A stretch of 64,000 nt of DNA, taken from Verrucomicrobiota bacterium. GTDB taxonomy: Bacteria; Verrucomicrobiota; Lentisphaeria; Lentisphaerales; Lentisphaeraceae. Positions 1 to 9,864 of the stretch are shown piece after piece. Below the pieces are notes generated by a model, which saw nothing but the letters and a program-made list of their open reading frames with translations, was not told the origin of the DNA and made no database searches. The position numbers and the translations under genes were made by a program. The DNA is taken from the NCBI GenBank assembly GCA_039798785.1, contig JBDKFG010000006.1, forward strand, positions 1-64,000, given 5' to 3'. How positions within the stretch are numbered: the first letter of the stretch is position 1; the number at the start of each line of letters is the position of its first letter.

Positions 1-120
1 ACTTCGCCGAAGTTGGATATTTCTCCCATCCAAAAAGAGGCTCCAAAATGTTAGATCCATACTCTTTGGGCTGCAATTCGGCTTCGGAATCCAGGTTAAA
101 TCAAGTTTGTTGAGCAAGTC

Positions 121-162
121 GGAGCGCTTCGTTTTGGAGCGCTTCGTTTTGCGCTTCGTTTT
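121..162. repeat. Short tandem repeat, GGAGCGCTTCGTTTT x2 plus a partial third copy
   Basis: Seen directly: ggagcgcttcgtttt ggagcgcttcgtttt gcgcttcgtttt. Confidence 0.85.
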
Positions 163-220
163 GTCGGCTCGGGGAGGTCCTCAGTACGGCAGGCCGCCAA
201 TTCCTGCTAGTCGGACTTGC

Positions 221-1015
221 TCAATATAAATTACCATTTCCCCAAGAAAAGAAGTAGAAAATTGTCCCGCAACTCTGGCCATTCGTATTCCGACCGTGAC
301 GGTAGAGATTCCTCAAAATTGAAAACTCACCACTCGAACTTGAGCTTTCTTGATGATAGAGAATTCCCCAAGGAAGAATGTCGAATTCATTCCTGTAGCC
401 GAGTTCATTATGATGGCCTTGAGCGGTCCACAAAAGGCTCAACAAGCCCTGGTCAAAATAACCGCCCTCTCGCGATTGGTGGCGATAGAGAATGGAGCCC
501 CAATCGAAGCAGCGACTAGGGAATTCACTATAGCTGATCAAGGGGAAGATCTGCCAGCGAGATTTATCTGACTCGGTCTTGCCATTAAAAATTCCCAGCA
601 GCAAATAGAATGATTTTTTCTCTCCACGGGTGTTGTCATCATCGCATCCATACAAACCGAGTAGATGCGAGTGACGGTAATGATTGCTATCACTATTGAC
701 GTTGACATAGCAGATGAGCGGCTGGTAGATTTCAATCACGGTCGAGCCATCGATTTTGAAGTAGAAAGAGAAGCTCCTATCCGCATTTTCACGATCAAGC
801 TCAAGCATTTCCTTGTTAGAGATATTTTTGTTTTCAGCAATCTTGATGAGATCAACCCCGGCCAGTTTTCTGTAATAATTTTCCTTGGCGATCTCAATAG
901 GGGTCCAATGCTCCGATCTTGATTGATCATTATAGGAATTTGAAGAACATGAGAAAGTCAACAGGGAAATGATCAGTATTGACTTGGTTATGCACTGCTT
1001 CATAATCATAATCAT
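221..1015 (-). CDS. Hypothetical lipoprotein in AT-richer DNA
   Basis: 264-aa ORF; signal peptide ending in lipobox-like LLTFSC; aromatic-rich repeated strands at the C-terminus (WGSILYRH, WGILYH, FSILRNLYRH). The start may be 1003. Confidence 0.65.
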   Translation of the reverse strand: MIMIMKQCITKSILIISLLTFSCSSNSYNDQSRSEHWTPIEIAKENYYRKLAGVDLIKIAENKNISNKEMLELDRENADRSFSFYFKIDGSTVIEIYQPLICYVNVNSDSNHYRHSHLLGLYGCDDDNTRGEKKSFYLLLGIFNGKTESDKSRWQIFPLISYSEFPSRCFDWGSILYRHQSREGGYFDQGLLSLLWTAQGHHNELGYRNEFDILPWGILYHQESSSSSGEFSILRNLYRHGRNTNGQSCGTIFYFFSWGNGNLY

Positions 1016-1179
1016 TCACCTTGATTGTGCTTGAATGAAATATTGATCAAGACATTGACAAGGCAAAAGTCCGGAATTCAATGATCAGAATTGAGAAAGT
1101 CAATAGTCGTGATTGCGACCCGCTCTAGCCATCGCCTCCGGTAGCGGCATCGCGAAGCTGCCAAAGCCGCACACACACC

Positions 1180-1395
1180 CGGCGGGACGCCGGGGCTCCC
1201 AGGGAACGAACTCGAGCTGGAAGCTTGAGCCACGTTGACCGTCTCCCCGGCCTGAAGGGCCGCTTCCGATAGCCCAGCCCGGCGGGCTGGGAGCTCAGGC
1301 CACCCGGCACGGAGGCCGGGGCTCCCAGGGAAGACGGCGCCAGAGGGCTGGCGCGCTCCCAGGGAAGACAAGCGGCTGAAGCCGGGGCTCCCAGG
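1180..1395. repeat. Cluster of four REP-like GC hairpins, each followed by GCTCCCAGG(GAA)
   Basis: Units near 1180-1207, 1304-1333, 1336-1367 and 1371-1395; the same motif recurs at 20336-20416 and 40750-40770. Confidence 0.75.
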
Positions 1396-1396
1396 C

Positions 1397-4300
1397 TCAC
1401 CCCAGCAGGTATTCCAGGTCTTCGCGTTGCAGCGAACCGAGGTCGAGGCCTTCGCCGCCGAGGAGGGAGTCGGCGAGGGCGCGTTTTTTGTCCTGCAGTT
1501 CGAGGATCTTCTCTTCGATGGAGCCCTTGGCGACGAGGCGGTAGGCGGTGACCGGGCGGGATTGGCCGATGCGGTGGGCGCGGTCGATCGCCTGCTGTTC
1601 GACGGCCGGGTTCCACCAGGGGTCGAGGAGGAAGACGTAGTCGGCGGCGACGAGGTTGAGGCCGGTGCCGCCGGCTTTGAGGGAGATGAGGAAGACGTTC
1701 TTGCCGCCTTGCTGGAACTCGTCGACGGCGCCGCCGCGGTCCTTGGTGCTGCCGTCGAGGTAGGCATAGGGAATCTTGGCCGCTTCGAGGCGTTTCGCGG
1801 CGATGGCGAGGAACTCGGTGAACTGCGAGAAGATCAGCACCTGGTGTTTTTCTTCGAGCAGTTCCTCCAGCATCGGCAGCAGCGCGTCGAGCTTGGCGGA
1901 GGGGGCGGACTCGGGTTTTTTGCGTTTGTCGCAGAGGGCGGGCGAGCAGGCCGCCTGGCGGAGGCGGAGGAGCTTTTCGAGCATCAGGAAGGAGTTCTTC
2001 TTCTCGAGGCCGGGGTTCTCCAGCAGGTCCGCCTTGGCGGCGGCGAGGAGCTTGTCGTAATAGCCCTGCTGCTCCTCCTCCATTTCGCACCAGAGGATCT
2101 GGTTGGAGAGCGGCGGCAGGTCGGTGGCGACCTCCGCCTTGGTGCGGCGCAGGATGAGAGGGCGGAGCGCCTTGGCCATCAGGGCGAGGCCCTCCTCCTT
2201 GCCGGTGGCTTCCGAGAAGCGGCCGAAGTTGGCCGAGCTGCCGAGGAGGCCGGGGTTGAGGTATTCGAAGAGGCTCCACAGGTCGTCGAGGTGGTTTTCG
2301 ACCGGCGTGCCGGTGAGGGCGAGGCGTTGCTGGCCCTTGAGCAGGCGGGCCGCCTTGGCCGAGGCTGAAGAGGCATTCTTGATCGCCTGCGCCTCGTCGA
2401 GGACGAGACAGGCGAAGTCCTGGTCCTTGAGCCAGGTGACGTCGTTGCGCAGCGTGGCGTAGGTCATCACGATGAGGTCGAAGCCCTTGAGGCCGCTGAG
2501 GTCCTTGGCGCGGGCGATGCCCTGGTGGACGAGAACCTTCATCTTCGGGGTGAATTTCTTCGCCTCCTTCTCCCAGTTGAAGAGGAGCGAGGCCGGGCAG
2601 ACGACGAGGAAGGGTCCCTGCTTCTTGAGGCGGAGGTTTTCGAGGTGGGCGAGCATCTGCACCGTCTTGCCGAGGCCCATGTCGTCGGCGAGGCAGGCGC
2701 CGAGGCCGAGTTTGCGGCAGAGGGCGAGCCAGCCGAGGCCGTCCTTCTGGTAGGGGCGGAGCTGGCCGCCGAAGCCCCTCGGAGGCTCCATCGCTTCGAA
2801 TTTGGAGAAGTCCTTGAGGGCGTCGCGGGCCTTGGTCGCGGCCTCGTCGAAGCTGATCTCGCCCATGTCGTGGAGCAGCACGTCGAGGAGGAAGGCCTGG
2901 TGGCCGGGGAAACGCAGCTCCTCGGCGTCCTTGTCGACCTCGCCGAGGGCGGCGAGGCGGGCGAGGCGGCGGGCCGCTTCCGGGTCGATCCAGCCGCGCG
3001 AGCCGTCGGCGAGGGTGACGTAGCTCTCCTTTTTGCGCAGGGCGCGAATCAGGTCGACCAGCTCGACCTCCTGGCCGTCGAAGTTCATCCCGCCGTCGAC
3101 CGCGAGCCAGTCGATGCCGGACTTCACCTTGACCCCCTTCATCACCCCTTTGCGGGTGATCTTGCCTTCGGCGCGGACGCTCCAGCCGAGGGCGACGGCG
3201 CCGGCGAGGATGGCGGGCATCGCCTTGAGCGGGGCGCCGAGCTGCTCCTTCTTGAGGCTGACGTCGCCGAGGGCGCTGAGCTTCTGCAGCGCGGCGATCT
3301 CTTCGGCGAAGACGCGGCGGCGGCCGTTGGGCAGTTGGGTGCTGGCGTTGTCGAGGGCGACTTCGAAGTCGCCGTAGACGAAGAAGGGGTGGACGCTGAG
3401 AGTGGACTTCTTGTCCGGGCGGAGTTCGAGGATGCAGGATTCCGGCGGGGTGGGCGCTTCGATTTTCCAATCCTGCGGCAGGGAGAAGGCATCGATGCCG
3501 CCGATGAGCTGGAGTTTTTCGACCAGGTCGCGGCAGGTTTCGCCTTCGAAGACGCCGCCGGCGGCGATGGCTTTGGCGACGATGGCGCGGCACTGGATGC
3601 GGGCTTCGCCGATGTCGACCGGGCGGAAATTCTGGCCATGGACGACACCCCAGGGCGTGAGGAATTCGGCGCCGGTGTTTTTCAGGGCTTGCTCGCCGAG
3701 GCTTTCTTCGAGGTGGAGGCGGAAGAATTTGTTGACCGCTTCGAAGCGGAGGGCGAGGCGGTAGGGCAGGGTCGGCAGCGATTGGGCGGGCGTGGAGGAG
3801 CTGCCGATGTGGAGCTTGCCGAGGCGGAGGGCGCCGAGGAGGATGGGGGCGGTCACGGCGGTGATGGGGGCGGAAATGCCATCGGCGTAGCTGAAATCGA
3901 TGCCTTCGAGCATGGGCGCGATGATGCGGGCGAGTTCGGGATCGGCGGCGAGGAGGCGGTGGATCTTCTTCGGCTTCAATTCGGGCAGGCTGGAAGGGCG
4001 GACTTCGACGACGCTGAGATACTGGCCGTGGAGCTGCAAGCCGAAGCGCTTGCCGTCGTCCTCGACCTCGACTTCGTCACCGGCCTTGTGCTGGTAGATG
4101 TGGCCGAGGCCGGGGCGCTGGCGGACGATCGAGTGGTTGAGCTCGCCGAGGAGGCCGGCTGCGCCTTTTTTGACTTGCGAATATTCGTAGGGGCTGAGGC
4201 CGGCCTCCTGCCAGGGCTGGGGAGGCATTTCTTCGTCCCACTTCCAGCCGTGCATGCCGAGGCGGAGACTGCTGGTCGTGGCTTCTTCGGCGAGGATGCC

Positions 4301-5500
4301 GCGGCCCTTGGCCGCATAGGCGTCGATACATTCTACCAGGCGGGCGATGTGGTAGCAGGGCGGGGCGTTCTGGGCGAAGGAGCCGCAGTTGCAGCTGACG
4401 CCGAAATAATAGCCGCTGGCCTGGGCGACGGCGACGGTGTGGTCGCTGTGCCACTCGACCCGGCGCAGTTCGGTATCGGAGGCGACCGGGAAGCCGGATT
4501 CGGCGCTGACCGCCGGGCCGCTGAGGTGGCTGAATTCGGCGGCGAAGCGTTTCAACAGGGGCAGGCGATTGGGCGGCACGGCGAGCTTGCAGAGGGAGTC
4601 CTCGATGCTGCGGTGGGCGATGCCCAGCTTGAGGCGTTGGCGGAAGATCAGGTCGCCGGCGGCGAGCTTCGCCGTGGGAGGCAGGGCGGCGATCGCCTTC
4701 TGCATCTCCTCGGGGAGCGAGCCGGGGGTCTTGTCGAGGAAGAGCACCGCCGCCTGGACATGTTCGCAGATCGACTTGTAGTTGTTGTAGAAGTAGCAGG
4801 TGCAGGTGAAGCGCAGCTCGCCGGCGGGATCGATGCCGAGGTGGACCGGGTTGACGGCGCGCAACTCGACATGGTGGCTGCCTTTGGCGGTGATGCTAGG
4901 CATGATGTAGCGATCGAGGTTTTTCGGGATCGATCCCATCGAAGCGGCGAAGCGTTTCTGCATAGGGACGACAGGCTTGGCGATCTCGGCGGCGGGCTTG
5001 ACCGGCGGGGTCGCAACTTTGAGCTGCGCCTGCAGCTTGGCGATCTCGCCTTCGAGGCGGGCTTTCCTGGCGTTGTCGGCAGCCGAGCTTGGCGCTGGCG
5101 TGGACGGATCATCTGGGATCATACGTGTGGAGCTCCATGCTTCTTTCAAGTATTTACTGTAGTGGTATTTCTTGGGGTTGTTCGCCATCGCATCGCAGAG
5201 AGGGCCAGAGGCCAGGTCTTGCGGCTCTCGCAGCCACCTTAACAAAGCGAATACATGCACACATTTAAAGCGATTATACTTCTGCGGGCAAGGGCAAGTG
5301 ATGGCGATGCGAGAACGCCAATCCAAAACGATGCTGAGGGTGTATTTCCCGATTTGAAAGCGCCATTCGTTGGGACCTTCTCCGATGAGGCGCACCTCTC
5401 CGTCTTCGAAGAGAGAAAGGCTGTCGCCGAGAGCTTCAGTCTCGCTAGATTTGGGGATCAGTTGCCGATCGACAAAGGCTTCGAAATTCATGAGAATCAT
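1397..5500 (-). CDS. SNF2-family (SF2) helicase/ATPase with N-terminal SWIM zinc fingers
   Basis: Motifs LADDMGLGKT, LVLDEAQAIKN, LTGTPVEN, LIFSQF, SLKAGGTGLNL, DPWWNPAVEQQAIDRAHRIGQ; three CxC...CxH SWIM motifs; ATGA overlap with the upstream gene. Confidence 0.93.
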   Translation of the reverse strand: MILMNFEAFVDRQLIPKSSETEALGDSLSLFEDGEVRLIGEGPNEWRFQIGKYTLSIVLDWRSRIAITCPCPQKYNRFKCVHVFALLRWLREPQDLASGPLCDAMANNPKKYHYSKYLKEAWSSTRMIPDDPSTPAPSSAADNARKARLEGEIAKLQAQLKVATPPVKPAAEIAKPVVPMQKRFAASMGSIPKNLDRYIMPSITAKGSHHVELRAVNPVHLGIDPAGELRFTCTCYFYNNYKSICEHVQAAVLFLDKTPGSLPEEMQKAIAALPPTAKLAAGDLIFRQRLKLGIAHRSIEDSLCKLAVPPNRLPLLKRFAAEFSHLSGPAVSAESGFPVASDTELRRVEWHSDHTVAVAQASGYYFGVSCNCGSFAQNAPPCYHIARLVECIDAYAAKGRGILAEEATTSSLRLGMHGWKWDEEMPPQPWQEAGLSPYEYSQVKKGAAGLLGELNHSIVRQRPGLGHIYQHKAGDEVEVEDDGKRFGLQLHGQYLSVVEVRPSSLPELKPKKIHRLLAADPELARIIAPMLEGIDFSYADGISAPITAVTAPILLGALRLGKLHIGSSSTPAQSLPTLPYRLALRFEAVNKFFRLHLEESLGEQALKNTGAEFLTPWGVVHGQNFRPVDIGEARIQCRAIVAKAIAAGGVFEGETCRDLVEKLQLIGGIDAFSLPQDWKIEAPTPPESCILELRPDKKSTLSVHPFFVYGDFEVALDNASTQLPNGRRRVFAEEIAALQKLSALGDVSLKKEQLGAPLKAMPAILAGAVALGWSVRAEGKITRKGVMKGVKVKSGIDWLAVDGGMNFDGQEVELVDLIRALRKKESYVTLADGSRGWIDPEAARRLARLAALGEVDKDAEELRFPGHQAFLLDVLLHDMGEISFDEAATKARDALKDFSKFEAMEPPRGFGGQLRPYQKDGLGWLALCRKLGLGACLADDMGLGKTVQMLAHLENLRLKKQGPFLVVCPASLLFNWEKEAKKFTPKMKVLVHQGIARAKDLSGLKGFDLIVMTYATLRNDVTWLKDQDFACLVLDEAQAIKNASSASAKAARLLKGQQRLALTGTPVENHLDDLWSLFEYLNPGLLGSSANFGRFSEATGKEEGLALMAKALRPLILRRTKAEVATDLPPLSNQILWCEMEEEQQGYYDKLLAAAKADLLENPGLEKKNSFLMLEKLLRLRQAACSPALCDKRKKPESAPSAKLDALLPMLEELLEEKHQVLIFSQFTEFLAIAAKRLEAAKIPYAYLDGSTKDRGGAVDEFQQGGKNVFLISLKAGGTGLNLVAADYVFLLDPWWNPAVEQQAIDRAHRIGQSRPVTAYRLVAKGSIEEKILELQDKKRALADSLLGGEGLDLGSLQREDLEYLLG

Positions 5501-6729
5501 CGGTAGATCAGGTACTTGCCGCGGCGGGCCTTGAACTGCGACAGGGCCGGCTCCCAGGATTTCGCCACCTGCTGCCAGGATTCGCCGCGGGCGAGGCGGG
5601 TGCGGATGGAAGAGGTGCCGTTGGCCTTGTCGAAGATGTTGTGGAAACGCGGCTCGAAAAGCGGCTGCCTGGGGTAGTTGCGGCGCACCCAGGCGAGGAT
5701 GGCGACTTCGGTGCGGGCGGGCATGAAACGCGAGGCCTGGGTGATTTTCAAAGTGACCCCGTACTGCATGTAGGCGCCGCTCTTGTAGCTGGTGGCGACG
5801 AAGGTGATGCCTGGGAGCTTCTGGGCATTGAGCTCAGCGGCCATGCGGCGGGCGTCGATCCAGGGCGCCGCGACGCATTGGAAAGGGGTGTTGCCGGGCA
5901 TGCCGATGTTGAGGACGCCGCCGAGGACGCCGATGCCGCCGGTGGCGGCGAAACATTGCGAGGCCCGCACCGTGGTGATCTTCGGCGAGGTGGGAACCCA
6001 GGGCAGGCCGGTCTCCTCCCAAGTCATGCCGCGGCGCCAGCCGCTCATCGGCACGACGGTGAGATTGCATTTCAGCCGGTATTCGGTGTTGAGGTAACGC
6101 GCCAGCTCGCCGCAGGTCATGCCGTAGACCTTGGGCACCGGATACAGGCCGATGAAAGACTTGTAGGCCTCTTCGCGGACGGCGCCGTCGACTACCAGGC
6201 CGCCGAAGATGTCGGGCCGGTCGAGGACGATCAAGTGTTTGCCGTGCTGGCCGCAGGCGGCGATCATTTCCGCCATGCTCCAGATGTAGGTGTAGGAGCG
6301 GCTGCCGGTGTCCTGGATGTCGTAGATCACCACGTCGACCTTGTCGAGCAGGACCTTTTTCGGCCGGCGATCGTCGCCGCCATAGAGGGAATAGACCGGT
6401 AGACCGGTGCGCTTGTCGCGTCCGCCCGGAACCACCGTGCCGGCGGGCAAGTCGCCGCGGATGCCGTGTTCGCAGGCGAAAAGGGCGGTGAGCTTCATGT
6501 CGCGTCGCGCCGCCAGGAGGTCGAGGGTCCGGCGCCGCTTCGAGTCGACTCCGGTCTGATTGGTCATCAGGCCGACGCGTTTGCCGCGGATCAGGTCGAG
6601 GCGGTGTTCGAGGAGGACTTCGATGCCCGGTTTCACCGCCGGTTTTTTCACCGCCGCCGGGCGCGCCGGGGCGCTGCTCTGGGCGAGCAGAGCCAGGGGG
6701 AGGAGCAGCAGAAGTAGGATCAGTCGCAT
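5497..6729 (-). CDS. DUF1343 / exo-beta-N-acetylmuramidase NamZ-family protein, secreted
   Basis: GKRVGLMTNQTG, EHGIRG, YSLYG, YDIQDTGSRSYTY, VLDRP, WVPTSP; signal peptide MRLILLLLLLPLALLA. Confidence 0.88.
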   Translation of the reverse strand: MRLILLLLLLPLALLAQSSAPARPAAVKKPAVKPGIEVLLEHRLDLIRGKRVGLMTNQTGVDSKRRRTLDLLAARRDMKLTALFACEHGIRGDLPAGTVVPGGRDKRTGLPVYSLYGGDDRRPKKVLLDKVDVVIYDIQDTGSRSYTYIWSMAEMIAACGQHGKHLIVLDRPDIFGGLVVDGAVREEAYKSFIGLYPVPKVYGMTCGELARYLNTEYRLKCNLTVVPMSGWRRGMTWEETGLPWVPTSPKITTVRASQCFAATGGIGVLGGVLNIGMPGNTPFQCVAAPWIDARRMAAELNAQKLPGITFVATSYKSGAYMQYGVTLKITQASRFMPARTEVAILAWVRRNYPRQPLFEPRFHNIFDKANGTSSIRTRLARGESWQQVAKSWEPALSQFKARRGKYLIYR

Positions 6730-6861
6730 GGCGGCGGCGCTTTCGGGGCTGAAATGAGATGCCGACAAGCTTAAGCCGGAATCCCGGATTCGCCGGGGGC
6801 GCTGACGAAGAAGAACGGCTCAGCGGCGCTAATGTGCGAACGAACAAGGGGAGCGACAAGC

Positions 6862-7563
6862 ATGGAAGTGAAAGACTGGATCGACTCGCTGCGGCGTCCT
6901 GCCACGCGGGCCTCGGCGCGCCGTCACCTGGAAGTCAAGGAAGAGGCTGGCGCCGTCGCCGCGGCCCTGGCCGCGCTGCTGGCCGACGAAGCCTCCGGCG
7001 ACAACGCCGTCTGGGCCGCGGCACAGATCGCCGTTGCCCGCCGCCTGACCGAGCTGATTCCGGCGCTGGCGGCGCAGATCGAGCGGCGCACCGGCCTGCG
7101 GATGGAGCTGGTCGGGGCTCTCGAGGAGCTCAGCGGCTGCCGCTACGGCGCCGAGGCGGACTGGCCGGCTCTGCTCGCCTCGCCGCCGCTCAGCCGCCGC
7201 CTCGCCAGCCTGCTCGAACTCAAGCCCGGCTGCGCCGAGATCCAGATCGAGACCCTCCGCCTCCTTGCCGTGCTCAAGCTTCCTGGCGAGCGCACCCAGC
7301 TGGTCGAAGTGGTCGAGACCGAAAGCGGCGGCCTCCGGATCGAATCTTCCTGCGGCGCCGGACGCCACGACGCCGTCGCGATCGAAAGGCTGAGCCAGCA
7401 GATCCCCTTCGCCGAGCTGTGGATCGACCCCGTCGGCCAGGTCCACATGATGGCAGAAACCGACGCCGGCACCGATGACGCCGCCGCGGCCGAGCTGGTC
7501 CGCCGGGTCGCCGCCATCTCCGACACTCTTGAACTGCAACTGACCGGAAAGGATGATCTTTGA
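6862..7563 (+). CDS. Hypothetical protein with helical HEAT-like N-terminus and possible YbjN-like C-terminus
   Basis: Host-like codon usage; GGGGAG upstream of ATG 6862; overlaps the prmA start. Confidence 0.7.
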   Translation: MEVKDWIDSLRRPATRASARRHLEVKEEAGAVAAALAALLADEASGDNAVWAAAQIAVARRLTELIPALAAQIERRTGLRMELVGALEELSGCRYGAEADWPALLASPPLSRRLASLLELKPGCAEIQIETLRLLAVLKLPGERTQLVEVVETESGGLRIESSCGAGRHDAVAIERLSQQIPFAELWIDPVGQVHMMAETDAGTDDAAAAELVRRVAAISDTLELQLTGKDDL

Positions 7564-8462
7564 ACATGTCCAGCAAAGCCCCCGAACTCCTGCACGCCGT
7601 CACCGTCCACACCTCCTCGGACACCGGCTACGTCCTGGAAGAGCTCTTCCCCTCGGTCGAGCTCTTCACCTCGTCCTACTTTGACCGAGACGACAACATC
7701 GCCCGTCTAAGCCTCTACTTCGAGGATCTTGAGGAGGCTCGCGCCACCCAGGCCTTGATTCTCGAGCACTTGCAGCAGTGGAAGGAGGACTTCGAAATCG
7801 GCCCCTGCGAAGTGGTCTTGGAGGAGGTCAAGAAGCAGGACTGGTCGGAATCCTGGAAGGCCTTCTTCCAGGTCAGCAAGGTTTCCGAGCGCCTGGTGAT
7901 CAAGCCTTCCTGGGAGAAGTACGAGGCCCAGCCCGGCGAAGTGATCATCGAGATCGACCCGGGCATGAGCTTCGGCACCGGCAACCACGGCACCACCAAG
8001 GCCTGCCTGCAGTTCATCGACGCCGCCCGCAGCGACGCGCCGCAATCCTTCCTCGACATCGGCACCGGCTCCGGCATCCTCTCGATCGCCGCCGCCAAGC
8101 TCGGCTGCGCCCCTGTCGACGCCTTCGACTACGATGAAGACTCGGTCCGCTGCGCCAAGGAGAACCTCGAGCTCGCCAAGGTCGACCAGGCGGTCAACGC
8201 CTTCCACCAGGACCTCGCCGTCTACACGCCACCGCACACCTACGACCTGGTCGTCGCCAACATCCTCGCCACCGTCCTGATCGAGTTCGCCGACATCATC
8301 GTCACCACCGTGACCCGCGCGCCGGCGAGCCGTCTCATCGTTTCGGGCATCCTGACCGATCAGTACCCCGCAGTCCTCAAGGCCTTCGAAGCCCGCGGCT
8401 TCGTCGAAGTCGAGCAGCGCACCATCGCCGAATGGACCTCCGGCATCCTCCGCTTCGCTTGA
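7560..8462 (+). CDS. prmA: Ribosomal protein L11 methyltransferase
   Basis: DWSESWK, IDPGMSFGTGNHGTT, LDIGTGSGILSIAAAKLG, YDLVVANILA, SGIL. Confidence 0.95.
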   Translation: MNMSSKAPELLHAVTVHTSSDTGYVLEELFPSVELFTSSYFDRDDNIARLSLYFEDLEEARATQALILEHLQQWKEDFEIGPCEVVLEEVKKQDWSESWKAFFQVSKVSERLVIKPSWEKYEAQPGEVIIEIDPGMSFGTGNHGTTKACLQFIDAARSDAPQSFLDIGTGSGILSIAAAKLGCAPVDAFDYDEDSVRCAKENLELAKVDQAVNAFHQDLAVYTPPHTYDLVVANILATVLIEFADIIVTTVTRAPASRLIVSGILTDQYPAVLKAFEARGFVEVEQRTIAEWTSGILRFA

Positions 8463-8487
8463 GACCTGCCTCAGTCTCTAATCTAAT

Positions 8488-8520
8488 CAAAAGGCGCCGT
8501 CGACTCGACGGCGCCTTTTG
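8488..8520. terminator. Bidirectional intrinsic terminator between convergent prmA and ddl
   Basis: Perfect 15-bp inverted repeat CAAAAGGCGCCGTCG-act-CGACGGCGCCTTTTG with A and T tracts at the ends. Confidence 0.8.
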
Positions 8521-8554
8521 CCGGGCTGGGGACGGCCTCGGCTTCCCGGAATTT

Positions 8555-9457
8555 TCAGCGGTGGCGGGCTCTTTCGACCAAGAGGCAGCACAGGCTTTGG
8601 AAGTCGATGCCGGCCTGCTTCGCCGCCTTGGGCAGCAAGGAGGAGGAGGTGAAGCCAGGCATGGTGTTGCCTTCGAGCACGATGATGCGGTCGTCCTCGG
8701 CCCGCCAGATCATGTCGACGCGGAGCAGGTCGCGGGCGCCGAGGATGGCGTAGGTCTCTTCGGCAATTCTCTGCATCCGGGCCTGAACCGCTGCGGGCAC
8801 GCGGGTCGGCGGGCAGTTGTATTGGGTCTGCCCTTGAGCGTAGGTGTATTTGGCATCGAAGTCGAATAGCTCTCCGGGAGGGATGATCTCGACCACGGTC
8901 AGCGCCTTGCCGTCGAGCAGGCCGACGGTGACTTCCGTGCCTTTGACGAAGTCTTCGAGCATCACGGCGGGGTCGACGGCGAAGGCCTTGTCGAGAGCGG
9001 CCGTGAGTTGCGCGGACTCCTTCACCAGAGTGAGGCCGACGGTGGAGCCCTGGGAGTTCGGCTTGACGATGAGAGGGTAGCTGAGGTCCGGCGGCATCGG
9101 CTGCTGGCGGGAGGTGAGGAGCCAGGAACGGGCGGTGTCGATGCCCTTGGCGGCAAGCTGGCGGCAGGTGGCGTGCTTGTTGATGGTCAGGCGGGAGCAT
9201 TCAACGCCGCAGCCGACGTAGGGCAGACGGCGGGCTTCGAGGAGCGTTTGGACTTCGCCGTCTTCGCCCCATTCGCCGTGCAGGACCGGGAAGACCACTT
9301 CCGTCCCGGACGGGAAGGGCGGCAGCTCGCGGCCGACGCAATCGATCTCGGTCACCTGGTGGCCGGCCTGGCGTAATGCCTCGGCCACGGCGGCGCCGGA
9401 CTTGAGCGAGATTTCGCGTTCGGTCGAAGGACCGCCTTTGAGGACGACGACGTTCAT
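8555..9457 (-). CDS. ddl: D-alanine--D-alanine ligase
   Basis: MNVVVLKGGPSTEREISLKSG, LHGEWGEDG, VKPNSQGSTVG, FDFDAKY, RVD, EGNTMPGFTSSSLLP; true start ATG 9457. Confidence 0.95.
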   Translation of the reverse strand: MNVVVLKGGPSTEREISLKSGAAVAEALRQAGHQVTEIDCVGRELPPFPSGTEVVFPVLHGEWGEDGEVQTLLEARRLPYVGCGVECSRLTINKHATCRQLAAKGIDTARSWLLTSRQQPMPPDLSYPLIVKPNSQGSTVGLTLVKESAQLTAALDKAFAVDPAVMLEDFVKGTEVTVGLLDGKALTVVEIIPPGELFDFDAKYTYAQGQTQYNCPPTRVPAAVQARMQRIAEETYAILGARDLLRVDMIWRAEDDRIIVLEGNTMPGFTSSSLLPKAAKQAGIDFQSLCCLLVERARHR

Positions 9458-9600
9458 GATGGGAACCCTTAGATTTTCGGTGTTTGCGGCCGCGAATCTA
9501 GCACAAATTCGGAATTTGGTGCAGGACTTGGCAAATCTCCCGATCTCCCCGGCAAAGCCGGCCGAGAATCCCGACGTGAGCGCCCCGAAGCAAAGCTCCC

Positions 9601-9864
9601 TCAGCTGCAGGAATTCATCTTGGACGGCGGCTTGCTCTTGCCGAAAATCTTCACTTCCTGCTTGCGGAAAAAGGCGTCCCGCAGAAGCCTGGCCTCCGTC
9701 ACCGATTTGGTGTTCAGACTCTGGCGGATGCGCTGCTTGGTCAGCGCCGTCGGATGCAGCGTGTAGTGAATGAACCAGGTTCCGTTGTTGTTCCACAGAT
9801 GATGGTTGGGATTGCTGCTGTTCTTGCGGATCGATATGCCGCTCTGCCAATCTTGCGTCATCAT
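9601..9864 (-). CDS. Small basic protein resembling a stand-alone integrase arm-binding/DUF6538-like domain
   Basis: Strong SD GAGGAGG before ATG 9864; NPNHHLWNNNGTWFIHY...RIRQSLNTKSVTEARLLRD. Confidence 0.7.
   Translation of the reverse strand: MMTQDWQSGISIRKNSSNPNHHLWNNNGTWFIHYTLHPTALTKQRIRQSLNTKSVTEARLLRDAFFRKQEVKIFGKSKPPSKMNSCS

Noticed and set aside
2525..5242. Very long alternative-frame and antisense ORFs (e.g. 2525-5242 +, 1125-3593 -, 23568-25409 -, 28791-30563 -, 44255-45841 -, 50493-52463 +)
   Set aside because: They are shadows of recognisable genes in GC-rich DNA where stops are rare, and they carry no protein motifs.
9458..9850. N-terminal extension of ddl in the ORF track (similar extensions on miaA, lspA, the HAD and the radical SAM)
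   Set aside because: Family homology begins at downstream starts and the extensions overlap other real genes.
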